IMG/VR virus record: IMGVR_UViG_3300046777_001438
Span: 2,952 to 66,951 of that record
Reading direction: 5' to 3' (one strand)
Source of the DNA: a virus
Length of the DNA: 64,000 nt
Shown here: in pieces, positions 43,092-52,449 of the stretch
How positions within the stretch are numbered: position 1 is the first letter of the stretch
Layout: the number at the start of each line of letters is the position of its first letter
Made by a program: the position numbers and the translations under genes
The notes under the pieces: model-generated
What the model was told of the DNA's origin: nothing
What the model saw: only the letters and a program-made list of their open reading frames with translations
Database searches by the model: none

Positions 43092-43759
43092 GCAAAAAAG
43101 ATATGCTAGAAGAAATACTTGCAGAAAAAGTAGTTCATTCTCAAATAAAAGAAGAGGATATTATTCTTGAACCCCTATTAGATGATATCAATTTAATTGA
43201 AGACGAAAACATAAGATCATTTGTAAGATCAATCCTAGTTAGATCTACTGACTTTTGGCTCATGCCATCAAGCTTTTCTGGCAAGTATCATCCCAAAGAT
43301 GAGCATGGAGTAGGCGGGAATGTCCTGCACACAAAAAGAGTTATGCGTGTGGCAAAAATTCTTTCTGAATCATATGGATTGACTGACGAAGAAAAAGACA
43401 TGGTCTTTGCTGCTTCCTTGCTACATGATATTAGAAAAGGCAATAGAAATCCTGATAGCGATAAATTCACATATGACCCAATGCATCCTTATACTGTGGG
43501 TCAGTTTGTTCGCAAGTGCCAGGAAGATGATAAGAAGTTTGCTTCCGAGTCCCAATCCTCAACGCTATATTTATCTGAAGATACTGTCCAAGCAATTTTA
43601 AGATTAGTTAGATGTCACCTTGGCCCGTGGTCTCCAGTTCCAGAAACAACTCCTGTAACATACCTGGACATGATAGTCCATATTGCAGACAACGTAGCTT
43701 CTAAGGTAGACTATATAGTCGACGGAGAAAATATAAAAGAAGACAGATGGAATGTTTAA
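43088..43759 (+). CDS. HD-domain phosphohydrolase
   Basis: GKYHP, GGNVLHT, LLHDI, CHLGPW and HIAD motifs. Confidence 0.85.
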   Translation: MSKKDMLEEILAEKVVHSQIKEEDIILEPLLDDINLIEDENIRSFVRSILVRSTDFWLMPSSFSGKYHPKDEHGVGGNVLHTKRVMRVAKILSESYGLTDEEKDMVFAASLLHDIRKGNRNPDSDKFTYDPMHPYTVGQFVRKCQEDDKKFASESQSSTLYLSEDTVQAILRLVRCHLGPWSPVPETTPVTYLDMIVHIADNVASKVDYIVDGENIKEDRWNV

Positions 43760-43928
43760 ATCAGATACAGATAATATTCTTTTAAAAAGATTTACTATAG
43801 CAAAAAAGCTGGAGTATTTTATTGAAGAATCTATTTATTATAGGACTCACTCCGATTCTATGGAGGTAAGTTCAAGAAAAGTTTTATGGCAGTTGTCTGA
43901 CTCAGATGGAAGAGCTGAAGTTAAATGA
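43752..43928 (+). CDS. Hypothetical protein (58 aa, not in ORF track)
   Basis: MFKSDTDNILLKRF...; fills the gap and is ATGA-coupled to the primase. Confidence 0.55.
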   Translation: MFKSDTDNILLKRFTIAKKLEYFIEESIYYRTHSDSMEVSSRKVLWQLSDSDGRAEVK

Positions 43929-45118
43929 AGATCAATGAAGATAATAAATTCTTATCAAAGTGGAGCATGTACGAGGTCGCTAGATATGTCCCATCTCTAG
44001 AAAGAGTTATACGAGATAAGAATAAGATATTATCTATTAATGAGATACCAGAGTATGCGCAAGCAAATGGGAATACTGGTATCTACACGTCTGTATTTGC
44101 CTACGACACAGCAGATTTTGAAAAAGCGACTAGATTAGGTCCGTTATATTTTGATATAGACAATAAAGATTTTGAGATCGCTAAGAGCGATTGCATCAAG
44201 CTATATGAACACTTGTTAAAGTACATCCCTGCTGAGTCAATACTCGTTTACTTTACTGGTAAAAAGGGATTTCACATAGAGTGTGAGCCAATTGCTTTGG
44301 GCATAAGTCCTGGCAATAATCTTCCTAAAGTTTTTAGATACATAGCCACAGACTTGGTTAAAAAGTTGTCACTATCTAGCTTAGATTTCAGTGTTTACGA
44401 TCTTAGAAGAATGTGGAGATTAGCTGGATCTATACATCAGGACACCAAACTCCATAAGACTCTACTGAATCCTTACAACGGTGATAAAAATTACTTGTAT
44501 GAAGATTTTGATACAGTAAAACAGTACGCTTCTGATAAGCGTTCATTGGATATCGCAGAACAATCATTTAGCTACAAAGCAAATGAATGGTACAGAGAAA
44601 ATATTTACAACTTAGAAGAAGATGCTAAGAAAAAAGATAATCCATTAGAATACTTTAACAAGTATGGGTCAAAAGCATTTAAGTCTTTAACCCCATCAGC
44701 TAAGGTCTTTGACAAAGATGCACTAATCCATAGCTGTAGTGCAATTAAACGCCTGCATGAACAAGCAGAGCAAACACATTATCTAGAGCATGAAGCAAGA
44801 TTATTCTTATGTTCTATATTAACCTATACAGAAGATTCAATAAAATATCTTCATGAGATCTTAAGTAACTGTCACGACTATAATTTCGAAAAGTCTTCTG
44901 CTCATATCAATGACTGGATAAAGAGAAGACAAATGGGGATTGGTGGCAGACCGTACACATGTGACAGAGCTAACTCTGTTGGTGTTGGTTGTGGAGAATG
45001 TAATTTAGAAAAAAAGAATAAGTGGGCTCAGATTGGCAACAAGTATGTTGAGACAACTGAAAAGTCTTCACCTTCTCCAATAAGATACGCATATAAGACA
45101 ATAAAAAAGGAGGACTGA
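43925..45118 (+). CDS. Archaeo-eukaryotic primase (AEP) with PriL-C-like Cys domain
   Basis: YFDID, FTGKKGFHI and VYDLRRMWRL motifs; C...LEHEARL...YTC...CGEC. Confidence 0.8.
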   Translation: MKINEDNKFLSKWSMYEVARYVPSLERVIRDKNKILSINEIPEYAQANGNTGIYTSVFAYDTADFEKATRLGPLYFDIDNKDFEIAKSDCIKLYEHLLKYIPAESILVYFTGKKGFHIECEPIALGISPGNNLPKVFRYIATDLVKKLSLSSLDFSVYDLRRMWRLAGSIHQDTKLHKTLLNPYNGDKNYLYEDFDTVKQYASDKRSLDIAEQSFSYKANEWYRENIYNLEEDAKKKDNPLEYFNKYGSKAFKSLTPSAKVFDKDALIHSCSAIKRLHEQAEQTHYLEHEARLFLCSILTYTEDSIKYLHEILSNCHDYNFEKSSAHINDWIKRRQMGIGGRPYTCDRANSVGVGCGECNLEKKNKWAQIGNKYVETTEKSSPSPIRYAYKTIKKED

Positions 45119-45120
45119 CA

Positions 45121-45324
45121 ATGCCAATAAAAGATCCAGATGATGTAATAGGAGTTTGTTCTGAATGCAAATCAGATCAACCCATGAGATACATGTATAA
45201 TAGTCCGTTCGCCCAACAGGGTAAGCCAGTTATATGTAAATATTGTGGCGGAGTAGTTATTATAACTTATAGAGAAACTAGAGATGATTCTATTGATGGA
45301 TCAGATAGAGAAAGAGGACTTTAA
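45121..45324 (+). CDS. Small zinc-ribbon protein
   Basis: CSEC...CKYC; GGAGG RBS. Confidence 0.65.
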   Translation: MPIKDPDDVIGVCSECKSDQPMRYMYNSPFAQQGKPVICKYCGGVVIITYRETRDDSIDGSDRERGL

Positions 45325-48300
45325 TTGAAGAACTGGACCAATCTCCACAACCATACTACCTTCTCCATGCTTGACGGGCACGGTAAGGTGGAGCAGTATT
45401 TTGCTAAGGCAAAAGACTTAGGGATGATTGGTCTTGCTACAACAGATCATGGGAACATACACTCTTGGCTAGACTTCTACGATGCTGGGACATCAGCTGG
45501 AGTGAAGCCTATACTTGGCTCTGAGTTTTATCAAGCCAGAAAATCAAGATTTGATAGAGATGAAGAAGAAAGATCTGGCCCTGCAAAAAATGAATGGGAA
45601 CAAAGAGGCCCGTATCACATAACAATCCTTGCTAAAAATAATACTGGCTATCATAATATAATTAAAATGTCTTCTAGATCATACTTAGAGGGCTACTATG
45701 TCAAGCCAAGAATAGATCATCAGCTAATTGCTGAACACTCTGATGGGATCATCGTTCTTTCAGGATGCCTTAACGGAGAAGTTGCACAAGCGCTCTTAAG
45801 AGGTGACTCAAAGTTTGCTCTCGAATCAGCAGCGAAGATGCAAGACATAGTTGGAAAAGAAAACTATTTTATAGAGATACAAAACCATGGCTTAGCCGAG
45901 CAGATAAAAATAACTCAAGGTTTAATTGATATAGCTCAAGCCATCGGGGCAAAAATAGTTCCTACTGGCGACTGTCACTACGTTCATAAAGAAGACGCAA
46001 GAGCACATGACATTATGCTTTGCGTGTCCACTAACTCTAATATACACACTGAAAATAGATTTTCTTTCAGCGGAGACAATTTTTATTTAAAATCATATGA
46101 TGAAATGTCATCAGTCTTTTCTGAAGACTGGCTAAAAAATACTTTAGATATTTCTTCAATGGTAGATGTTAACTTAAAATTTGGAGAATTATACTTTCCA
46201 CATTTTCCTTTACCAGATAAAACAAATACAAATGATTATCTTGATTCTTTGGCATGGGAGGGGCTTAAGAAAAAGTATGGTGATCCTCTTCCAGATGAAG
46301 TTTTGACTAGAGCACAGCATGAGCTAAGAGTTGTTAAGGACATGGGATACCCAGAATATTTTTTGGTTGTTTCTGACTTGGTTCAGTGGGCTAAGTCTAA
46401 TGACATTAGAGTTGGTTGGGGTAGAGGCTCGGCTGCAGGAAGTATTCTTTCATACGCCTTAGGCATAACAAACCTTGACCCACTTAAGTTTGGTTTGATG
46501 TTTGAGAGATTCTTGGTAGAGGGAAGAAAGTCAATGCCCGACATCGACCTAGACTTTGATGATAGATTCAGAGACAAGGTTATCAATTACGCCAAAGAAA
46601 AATATGGAGATGATAAAGTAGCTCATATTTGTACCTTTAATAAAACTGGGGCAAGACAATCAATTCGAGACGCTGCAAGAGCATTGGCGTATGATTTCAT
46701 AGGTGGCGATAAGGTAGCCAAACTAGTTCCAGCGCCTGTCCTAGGCGTTGCTAAGAGCCTCTCAGAGTGTATGGAGACCCCTGAGTTCAAGGACCTGTAT
46801 GAATCAGATGACGACGCCAAGCTGATAGTAGATGCCGCTTTTGGTTTAGAGGGTTTGATTAGACAAACGGGAATGCACGCAGCTGGCGTTGTTATTTCTC
46901 GAGAACCACTAACAGAATACCTACCCATAATGAAAAAAGGAGCCGATAGTCCGGTTATCACTCAGTGGGACATGGGTAGAGTAGAGCAATGCGGGCTACT
47001 CAAGATTGACTTCTTGGGCCTTAGAAACTTGGGCGTGATTGACCACTGCATTAAATTGATCCATAAAAATAAAGATGTTTTAATAGACGTAGACAAAATA
47101 CCATTAGATGATTATAAGACGTATCAAGAACTCTGTAAGGGTAACGCCATAGGTGTTTTCCAGCTTGAGTCAACTGGCATGCGTGAGCTGATGGTGCAGT
47201 TGCAGCCGCAAACAGTTCAAGACATAATGGCATTGATCTCATTGTATAGACCAGGTCCCATGGGTTCTGGAATGGATAAGCTTTATATTTCTAGAAAGCA
47301 CTCTAGATCTTCTATTGAGTATGACCACCCAAACTTAGAAAAAGTTCTAGGGCCGTCCTTGGGCATCATGCTTTATCAAGAAGATGTTCTTGGAGTAGCT
47401 AGAGAGCTGGCTGGATTTTCTACGGCAGAAGCAGATGATCTAAGAAAGGTTATCGGCAAAAAACTCATGGACAAGATCGCTTTGTTCAGAGGCAAGTTTG
47501 TAAAAGGCTGCATGGAGAATTCTTCTATTAGTGAAGATAAAGCTAATAAAATATATTCTGATATAGAATACTTCGGAGGATATGGATTTAACAGAGCACA
47601 CGCTGCAAGTTACGCCATGATTTCTTACATAACAGCTTACTTAAAAGCCAATTACACAGCAGAATATATGGCAGCTCTTCTTTCTTCTGTAACGGGAAAC
47701 AAAGATAAGCTAGCTTTGTACTTATCAGATTGTAGAAAGCTTGGCATAAAAGTTTTAAGTCCTTCTATTAATAAGTCGGTAGAAGATTTTGCAGTGATTA
47801 GTGACTCAGAAATTATATTTGGCTTGTCAGCTATCAATGGGATAGGAACCGCTGTATCCGAAGCGATACTCTCCTCTAGAGATAGTGGCCATCCGTATAC
47901 TTCAATGCACGACTTCTTGAGAAGAACTGGTGCAGCGGTGTTAAAAAAATCTACCCTAGAACATCTATCAAATGCTGGAGCTTTTGATGAATTAATAACT
48001 GAAGTCTTTGATCAGGATTTTGGAAGACAGACTGAGCTTAATCTTTTGGAAAAAGAAAAAGAAGAATTAGGTATATATGTATCCAAGAATCCAGTTGATG
48101 GTGTTTGGGATCTTCTTTCCAAGAATATAGATTACGAAATAATAGATATAGCAGATCTTCCAGCTGGTTCTAGAGTTAATATTGGCGGAATTATTTCTTC
48201 GTCAAAGAAAATGATCACCAAAAAAGGTGCAAAGATGTATAAGTTTAATATCCAAGATATATCCTCAGATATTGAAGTTATAGTTTTTCCTAGAGAAGCA

Positions 48301-48651
48301 AAGAAGTTTGACGATGACTACTTCCAAAACGGTGATGTAGTAATGATCACTGGGGCAGTTAATAAAGACGGTGATGACGAAAATGTTATTAGTAAAATAC
48401 TTTTAAATAGCTGCGAAAAGTTGGATCTGTCTAACTTTTCTGGTGGAACACCTATCTACCTGCAAGTAGATTCGGACATAAGCACAGACACTTTAAAAAA
48501 GATGTATGCTATAATTAATGCAACAGACGGAGGCTCTTATGTATTCCTTTCGTATAAAGAGAATGGAAAGACTTTGAGTTTTAAGTTTAAAAAGAAAACT
48601 TCTATATCAGTTAAAGATAAATTAAATTCATTATTAGCGGAGAAAGTATGA
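45325..48651 (+). CDS. dnaE: DNA polymerase III alpha subunit
   Basis: PHP domain LHNHT/TDHG; GRGSAAGS, PDIDLD, KIDFLGL and FNRAHA motifs; OB fold. TTG start. Confidence 0.97.
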   Translation: MKNWTNLHNHTTFSMLDGHGKVEQYFAKAKDLGMIGLATTDHGNIHSWLDFYDAGTSAGVKPILGSEFYQARKSRFDRDEEERSGPAKNEWEQRGPYHITILAKNNTGYHNIIKMSSRSYLEGYYVKPRIDHQLIAEHSDGIIVLSGCLNGEVAQALLRGDSKFALESAAKMQDIVGKENYFIEIQNHGLAEQIKITQGLIDIAQAIGAKIVPTGDCHYVHKEDARAHDIMLCVSTNSNIHTENRFSFSGDNFYLKSYDEMSSVFSEDWLKNTLDISSMVDVNLKFGELYFPHFPLPDKTNTNDYLDSLAWEGLKKKYGDPLPDEVLTRAQHELRVVKDMGYPEYFLVVSDLVQWAKSNDIRVGWGRGSAAGSILSYALGITNLDPLKFGLMFERFLVEGRKSMPDIDLDFDDRFRDKVINYAKEKYGDDKVAHICTFNKTGARQSIRDAARALAYDFIGGDKVAKLVPAPVLGVAKSLSECMETPEFKDLYESDDDAKLIVDAAFGLEGLIRQTGMHAAGVVISREPLTEYLPIMKKGADSPVITQWDMGRVEQCGLLKIDFLGLRNLGVIDHCIKLIHKNKDVLIDVDKIPLDDYKTYQELCKGNAIGVFQLESTGMRELMVQLQPQTVQDIMALISLYRPGPMGSGMDKLYISRKHSRSSIEYDHPNLEKVLGPSLGIMLYQEDVLGVARELAGFSTAEADDLRKVIGKKLMDKIALFRGKFVKGCMENSSISEDKANKIYSDIEYFGGYGFNRAHAASYAMISYITAYLKANYTAEYMAALLSSVTGNKDKLALYLSDCRKLGIKVLSPSINKSVEDFAVISDSEIIFGLSAINGIGTAVSEAILSSRDSGHPYTSMHDFLRRTGAAVLKKSTLEHLSNAGAFDELITEVFDQDFGRQTELNLLEKEKEELGIYVSKNPVDGVWDLLSKNIDYEIIDIADLPAGSRVNIGGIISSSKKMITKKGAKMYKFNIQDISSDIEVIVFPREAKKFDDDYFQNGDVVMITGAVNKDGDDENVISKILLNSCEKLDLSNFSGGTPIYLQVDSDISTDTLKKMYAIINATDGGSYVFLSYKENGKTLSFKFKKKTSISVKDKLNSLLAEKV

Positions 48652-49013
48652 CAACTGGAAATTTCTATAAGAACCCATCAACAAAAGACTGTTGGGTTTA
48701 TTGCTCCTCTTGCAGCCGATGCCAGGACAAAGGAAGATATACCAAGTGCGGCAAATGCAGTGGTAGATACGATCCAAACGGATGCATAGACGTAGACCCA
48801 GATGATTTTTGCGATTGCAAGAACGGCGTATTGCGCTGGAAGACAAAGAATGGAAAGATTTTAATGACTAGATTTAAAGCTAATCCATTTAAGGGGCAAG
48901 TTAAGTACCAGAAGAAGTCAGAAGATGAACGAGACTGGGACTCCTATGTTGCTGACATGAGAAACAAGATGGGTGATCCAAACTGGAACCCAATTAGTAT
49001 TTACGAGGATTAA
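48648..49013 (+). CDS. Cys-rich hypothetical protein
   Basis: CSSCSRC...CGKC...CDC. Confidence 0.6.
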   Translation: MTTGNFYKNPSTKDCWVYCSSCSRCQDKGRYTKCGKCSGRYDPNGCIDVDPDDFCDCKNGVLRWKTKNGKILMTRFKANPFKGQVKYQKKSEDERDWDSYVADMRNKMGDPNWNPISIYED

Positions 49014-49014
49014 T

Positions 49015-49221
49015 ATGTTAGGAAAAGAAAACGGAAGAATGTTGTTAAACAATGTCAAACTGATTGAATATGATCAGGGTGGAGATACTCAGAGCTTCTT
49101 TTTACAGCTGGGTGTTGTTGGTTTTTATGCAACAGAAGATGAGCTAAGTGATATATATGGTTTATTAAGCTACTATTTTAATATAGATTCTGTGAATAAC
49201 ACAGTAATATCGGTTGATTAG
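49015..49221 (+). CDS. Hypothetical protein
   Basis: GAGGA RBS before ATG 49015. Confidence 0.55.
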   Translation: MLGKENGRMLLNNVKLIEYDQGGDTQSFFLQLGVVGFYATEDELSDIYGLLSYYFNIDSVNNTVISVD

Positions 49222-49228
49222 GAGAGTT

Positions 49229-49399
49229 ATGTCTTGGCCATATTTAGAAGATGATTTTATGGAAATCGGTCATAGTGGGTGGAGATCGTTTGGTCAAAGC
49301 CTGTATAAAAACATATACACTGGCGAAATAATAAATGAAGATGGTGTAGAATGTGATGAAAATGGAAATGTGATATCTGAAGATATCGATGGAGAATAA
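49229..49399 (+). CDS. Small acidic hypothetical protein
   Basis: AGGAG RBS before ATG 49229; TAATG-coupled to the next gene. Confidence 0.55.
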   Translation: MSWPYLEDDFMEIGHSGWRSFGQSLYKNIYTGEIINEDGVECDENGNVISEDIDGE

Positions 49400-50191
49400 T
49401 GAACTTACAATCAATAGAAGATATAGACCCGCTACAAAGACTTACGCTAACAGACTTTAGTTATTCAAGAATAGACACATACGAAATGTGTCCATCAAAG
49501 TATTTCTTTTCTTATATAAAGAAAGAACCAAGACAGTTCAATGCTCCGGCGATTCTTCGGAAATATAATCCATTCTGTTTTGGAAGATAATGTTTCAGAT
49601 GTTAATCCAATAGAGCACGATTCTTTAATCAAAAAATACGAAGAGTATAATAAGTCTTTTAACCCCAACAACCAGATCCCTCAAGTGCTACTTGATGCTG
49701 GCGCAGAAATACTAGATGATTTCTATGATCTATACGGTGGTACTACTTTTAAAGTCCATGAAAAAGAACTTGGGTTTAGTTTTGTTTTAGGAAACTATTC
49801 TATAAATGGATTTATAGATAGAGTGGATATTAATGGCGATGTAGTAGAGATCGTTGACTATAAAACTGGGAAGCGTGAGGTTGCAGCCAAAGATATACAC
49901 AAGAACCTGCAGCTGGGGATATACGCATTGGCAGCATCTAGAATGTTCCCAGGAAGTAAAATTAAAGCTTCTCTTCACTACCTAAGAAGTGGAAGAATTA
50001 AATCCCATGAATACACAGAAGAGGATTTGGAGCTAGCTAAGCAGTCTTTGGTTGACAGAATTAACCAAATAATGAACGATACTAATTTCTCTCCTACAAA
50101 GAACGAAAGAGTATGCTCATTCTGCGACCACGCTCAAAGTGGGGCCTGTTCTACTGGGGTAATTAGATTAAGAAAGTTTAATAGGGCATAG
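49399..50191 (+). CDS. RecB/AddB/Cas4-like PD-(D/E)xK nuclease (about 263 aa), joined across a +1 frame break at CGG-A 49558-49561
   Basis: 5' part has SYSRIDTYEMCPSKY. 3' part has GNIIHSVLE, GFIDRVD, IVDYKTG, QLGIY and CSFC...C. The join gives AILGNIIHSVLE. Confidence 0.85.
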
Positions 50192-50192
50192 T

Positions 50193-50221
50193 AAAAAGCC
50201 CCCTGGTTTCCCAGGGGGCTT
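50193..50221 (-). terminator. Intrinsic terminator between convergent genes, probably bidirectional
   Basis: AAGCCCCCTGG-tttc-CCAGGGGGCTT; the A5 run upstream gives a U-tract on the minus strand. Confidence 0.8.
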
Positions 50222-50245
50222 GTATATTTTATATTAATTTATGTA

Positions 50246-50416
50246 TTAGAACTGGACAACTGGATTTTCGGTAGCCGAAAGGATCAAGTCGAAGTCTGAT
50301 TCAACAACAACCTTTACCGCTTCGTCATGGCTGATGCCAAAAGCAGTGAGTTCGTTTGCTACAGAATCGTTGATATTCTGGCGCATGCTGTTGAAAATTG
50401 TAGTTGTAATGGTCAT
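50246..50416 (-). CDS. 56-aa acidic hypothetical protein, the only credible minus-strand gene (not in ORF track)
   Basis: MTITTTIFNSMRQNINDSVANELTAFGISHDEAVKVVVESDFDLILSATENPVVQF; AGGAG RBS on the minus strand; own terminator. Confidence 0.7.
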   Translation of the reverse strand: MTITTTIFNSMRQNINDSVANELTAFGISHDEAVKVVVESDFDLILSATENPVVQF

Positions 50417-50504
50417 TTTTACTTTCTCCTGTTTTACTTGTTTTTTTGTTAAATATAAAGTATAATATTTATTAGTGTTATCTTACAGCCGTAAAGGATA
50501 TCAG

Positions 50505-51050
50505 ATGAAGAACATCGGTGCAAACCCAGAGGATTATTTTTTTTCCAGGTCGCCTAAAAAAACGCTGCCCAAATTTGGCAGGAAGAAACAAGTAGCATCC
50601 ACTGTTACCGATCACAAGAATACAAAAGGCAATGCGTATAGACATACGAAATCAGGTTTCAGGGAAGATCTAAATCTAAATATGAGATCTAACTGGGAAG
50701 CAAACATTGCAAGGATCTTCAAGGCCTATTCAATTGAGTTCGAGTTTGAACCAAAGGTTTTTTCATTCCCAATAAAAAGGGGAACAAAAGGATACATACC
50801 AGATTTTTACTTAACGGAAACAGAAGAGTGGTTTGAAGTAAAAGGATATCTGGATGACAAAAGCAAAATTAAAATTAAAAGGTTTAAAAAATATTACCCA
50901 GAAGAATTTAATAAACTTACTTTTGTCATAAGTAAATACGCATCAGATGCAATAAAGTTTGCAGAAGAGTTGGGTATACCTCACGTAATTTTTTATGAAG
51001 ACATAAGAAACGCTTACATGGATAAGGTTTCAATCTGGGAAGGAAAGTAA
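50505..51050 (+). CDS. PD-(D/E)xK endonuclease (possible Holliday junction resolvase)
   Basis: RSNWE, FEFEP, YIPDF and FEVKG motifs. Confidence 0.75.
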   Translation: MKNIGANPEDYFFSRSPKKTLPKFGRKKQVASTVTDHKNTKGNAYRHTKSGFREDLNLNMRSNWEANIARIFKAYSIEFEFEPKVFSFPIKRGTKGYIPDFYLTETEEWFEVKGYLDDKSKIKIKRFKKYYPEEFNKLTFVISKYASDAIKFAEELGIPHVIFYEDIRNAYMDKVSIWEGK

Positions 51051-51932
51051 TGGCAAGTTTTAAAGAACAATATTATAAATTAGAAGAAGAAGAAATGCAG
51101 GCACTCATAGCGAAGGCTAAAGGTGGTTCTGAAAAATCTCAAGAAGAACTTTTGAAAGTCTTCAATAACTTCTTGACGAAGTATGTTACAATGCTACACA
51201 CACGGAAAGTATAGTTACAGTGACTACGATATACGAAGGTTTATCTCACTTTTTGTAAAAGATACTTTTGTTAGATATGCATTGATGAAAAACAACTTAA
51301 ACCAAGCAGGATACAAGCACGTCAACGAATGTATTAGCGGTATTCTTTATATGGTAAAAAGGTACTGTTCAGAAGAGGATGTCCAACAGACTGTCAGGCT
51401 AACCTTCTTTCAGTGCATAAAGAGATACGAAAGAAAAGATTCAGAAAAAGGACCAATACCATTTAGTGCGTTCTTGTATAGTTACTTTTTGTATCTTCTC
51501 AAAAAAAATGTAGACACGTTTTTAATTGATCAGCTTGGAAGAAAGTCCTTCCCTTTATTAACGCAAGATGATATGTATGGAGACGGAGATTCAGAGGACA
51601 ATATGAAGGGTGGAGCATATGTTGACACTATGGAGTATGCTACAATAGACCTGTTATTCGCTTCTGATGTTGATGAGTTTTGGATCCTAGGAGAAGAAAC
51701 TAATCCACCATTTAATAAGCTAACAGTGCAAGAAAGGCAACTACTTAAGTGGAGATTTATAGACAATAAAAGATCTTCGGAAATAGCTGTTAAGATTACT
51801 GAACATCCAAATACAGTAAGAGAACACCTTTCTAAAATTAAAAGAAAAATACACGAACTGTTGAATGAAGATGGAATGGAAGAATATTTATTTTTAACCA
51901 CATTAAAAAAAGAAAAAGAAAAAGATGACTGA
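51050..51932 (+). CDS. Phage RNA polymerase sigma-70-family factor (about 293 aa), joined across a +1 frame break at CGG-A 51203-51206
   Basis: 5' part LIAKAKGGSEKSQEELLKVFNNFL (region 1.2/2.1-like). 3' part EDVQQTVRLTFFQCIKRY...FSAFLY (region 2) and LTVQERQLL...SSEIA...TVREH (region 4 HTH). ATG 51050 is TAATG-coupled. Confidence 0.8.
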
Positions 51933-52440
51933 GCTAAACCAAAATAACTTATTAATTAAATTATCAAATTTCTTAAACCCACAATTAGAGGAACTGGTAT
52001 CAACATTCTCTAACCCAATAGACCTAGAGAAATACTATGTAGAGATACCAGACTCTAATTATGTTGACCTAACAATAAATGATCTTGGTTCGTTAGTGGC
52101 TAGATCATCAAACGTCTACGGTAGAGCAGCTAGATTTGCTGGGATAGCAAGAGCACAATACAAGCTGTTAGAGGCCCAATATAAGAGAGTATATAAGGCT
52201 AATAGGGTCGGGAAAAATGAAGCAGAAAGAGAGGCAGCAGCAGCTGCAGCAGCTGATCAGCAATACGTGGCTCTAGCCGCCGTTGAAGCAATCGTACAGT
52301 TAGCTGAATCGATGGAATTAGCTGCCAGAATTTCTTCTGAGTCTGCAAGAAAATTAATGGACAAGGTACAATCAATGCAGATAGCTTCGTCTAGAGAAGA
52401 AAAAGGATTTCTCTTGGAGAGAGATTTTTCTACATTTTAA
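51925..52440 (+). CDS. Coiled-coil protein, possibly a UvsY-like recombination mediator
   Basis: All-helical and Ala-rich with NEAEREAAA; weak resemblance only. Confidence 0.35.
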   Translation: MTELNQNNLLIKLSNFLNPQLEELVSTFSNPIDLEKYYVEIPDSNYVDLTINDLGSLVARSSNVYGRAARFAGIARAQYKLLEAQYKRVYKANRVGKNEAEREAAAAAAADQQYVALAAVEAIVQLAESMELAARISSESARKLMDKVQSMQIASSREEKGFLLERDFSTF

Positions 52441-52449
52441 GGAGACACA

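Noticed and set aside
11069-51932. Stop-codon reassignment, pseudogene decay or a classic -1 tail-chaperone slippery site as the cause of the split genes
   Set aside because: The breaks change frame by +1 and the zero frames end in different stops (TGA, TAA, TAA, TAG). No shared X XXY YYZ heptamer is present, and the genes show no other lesions.
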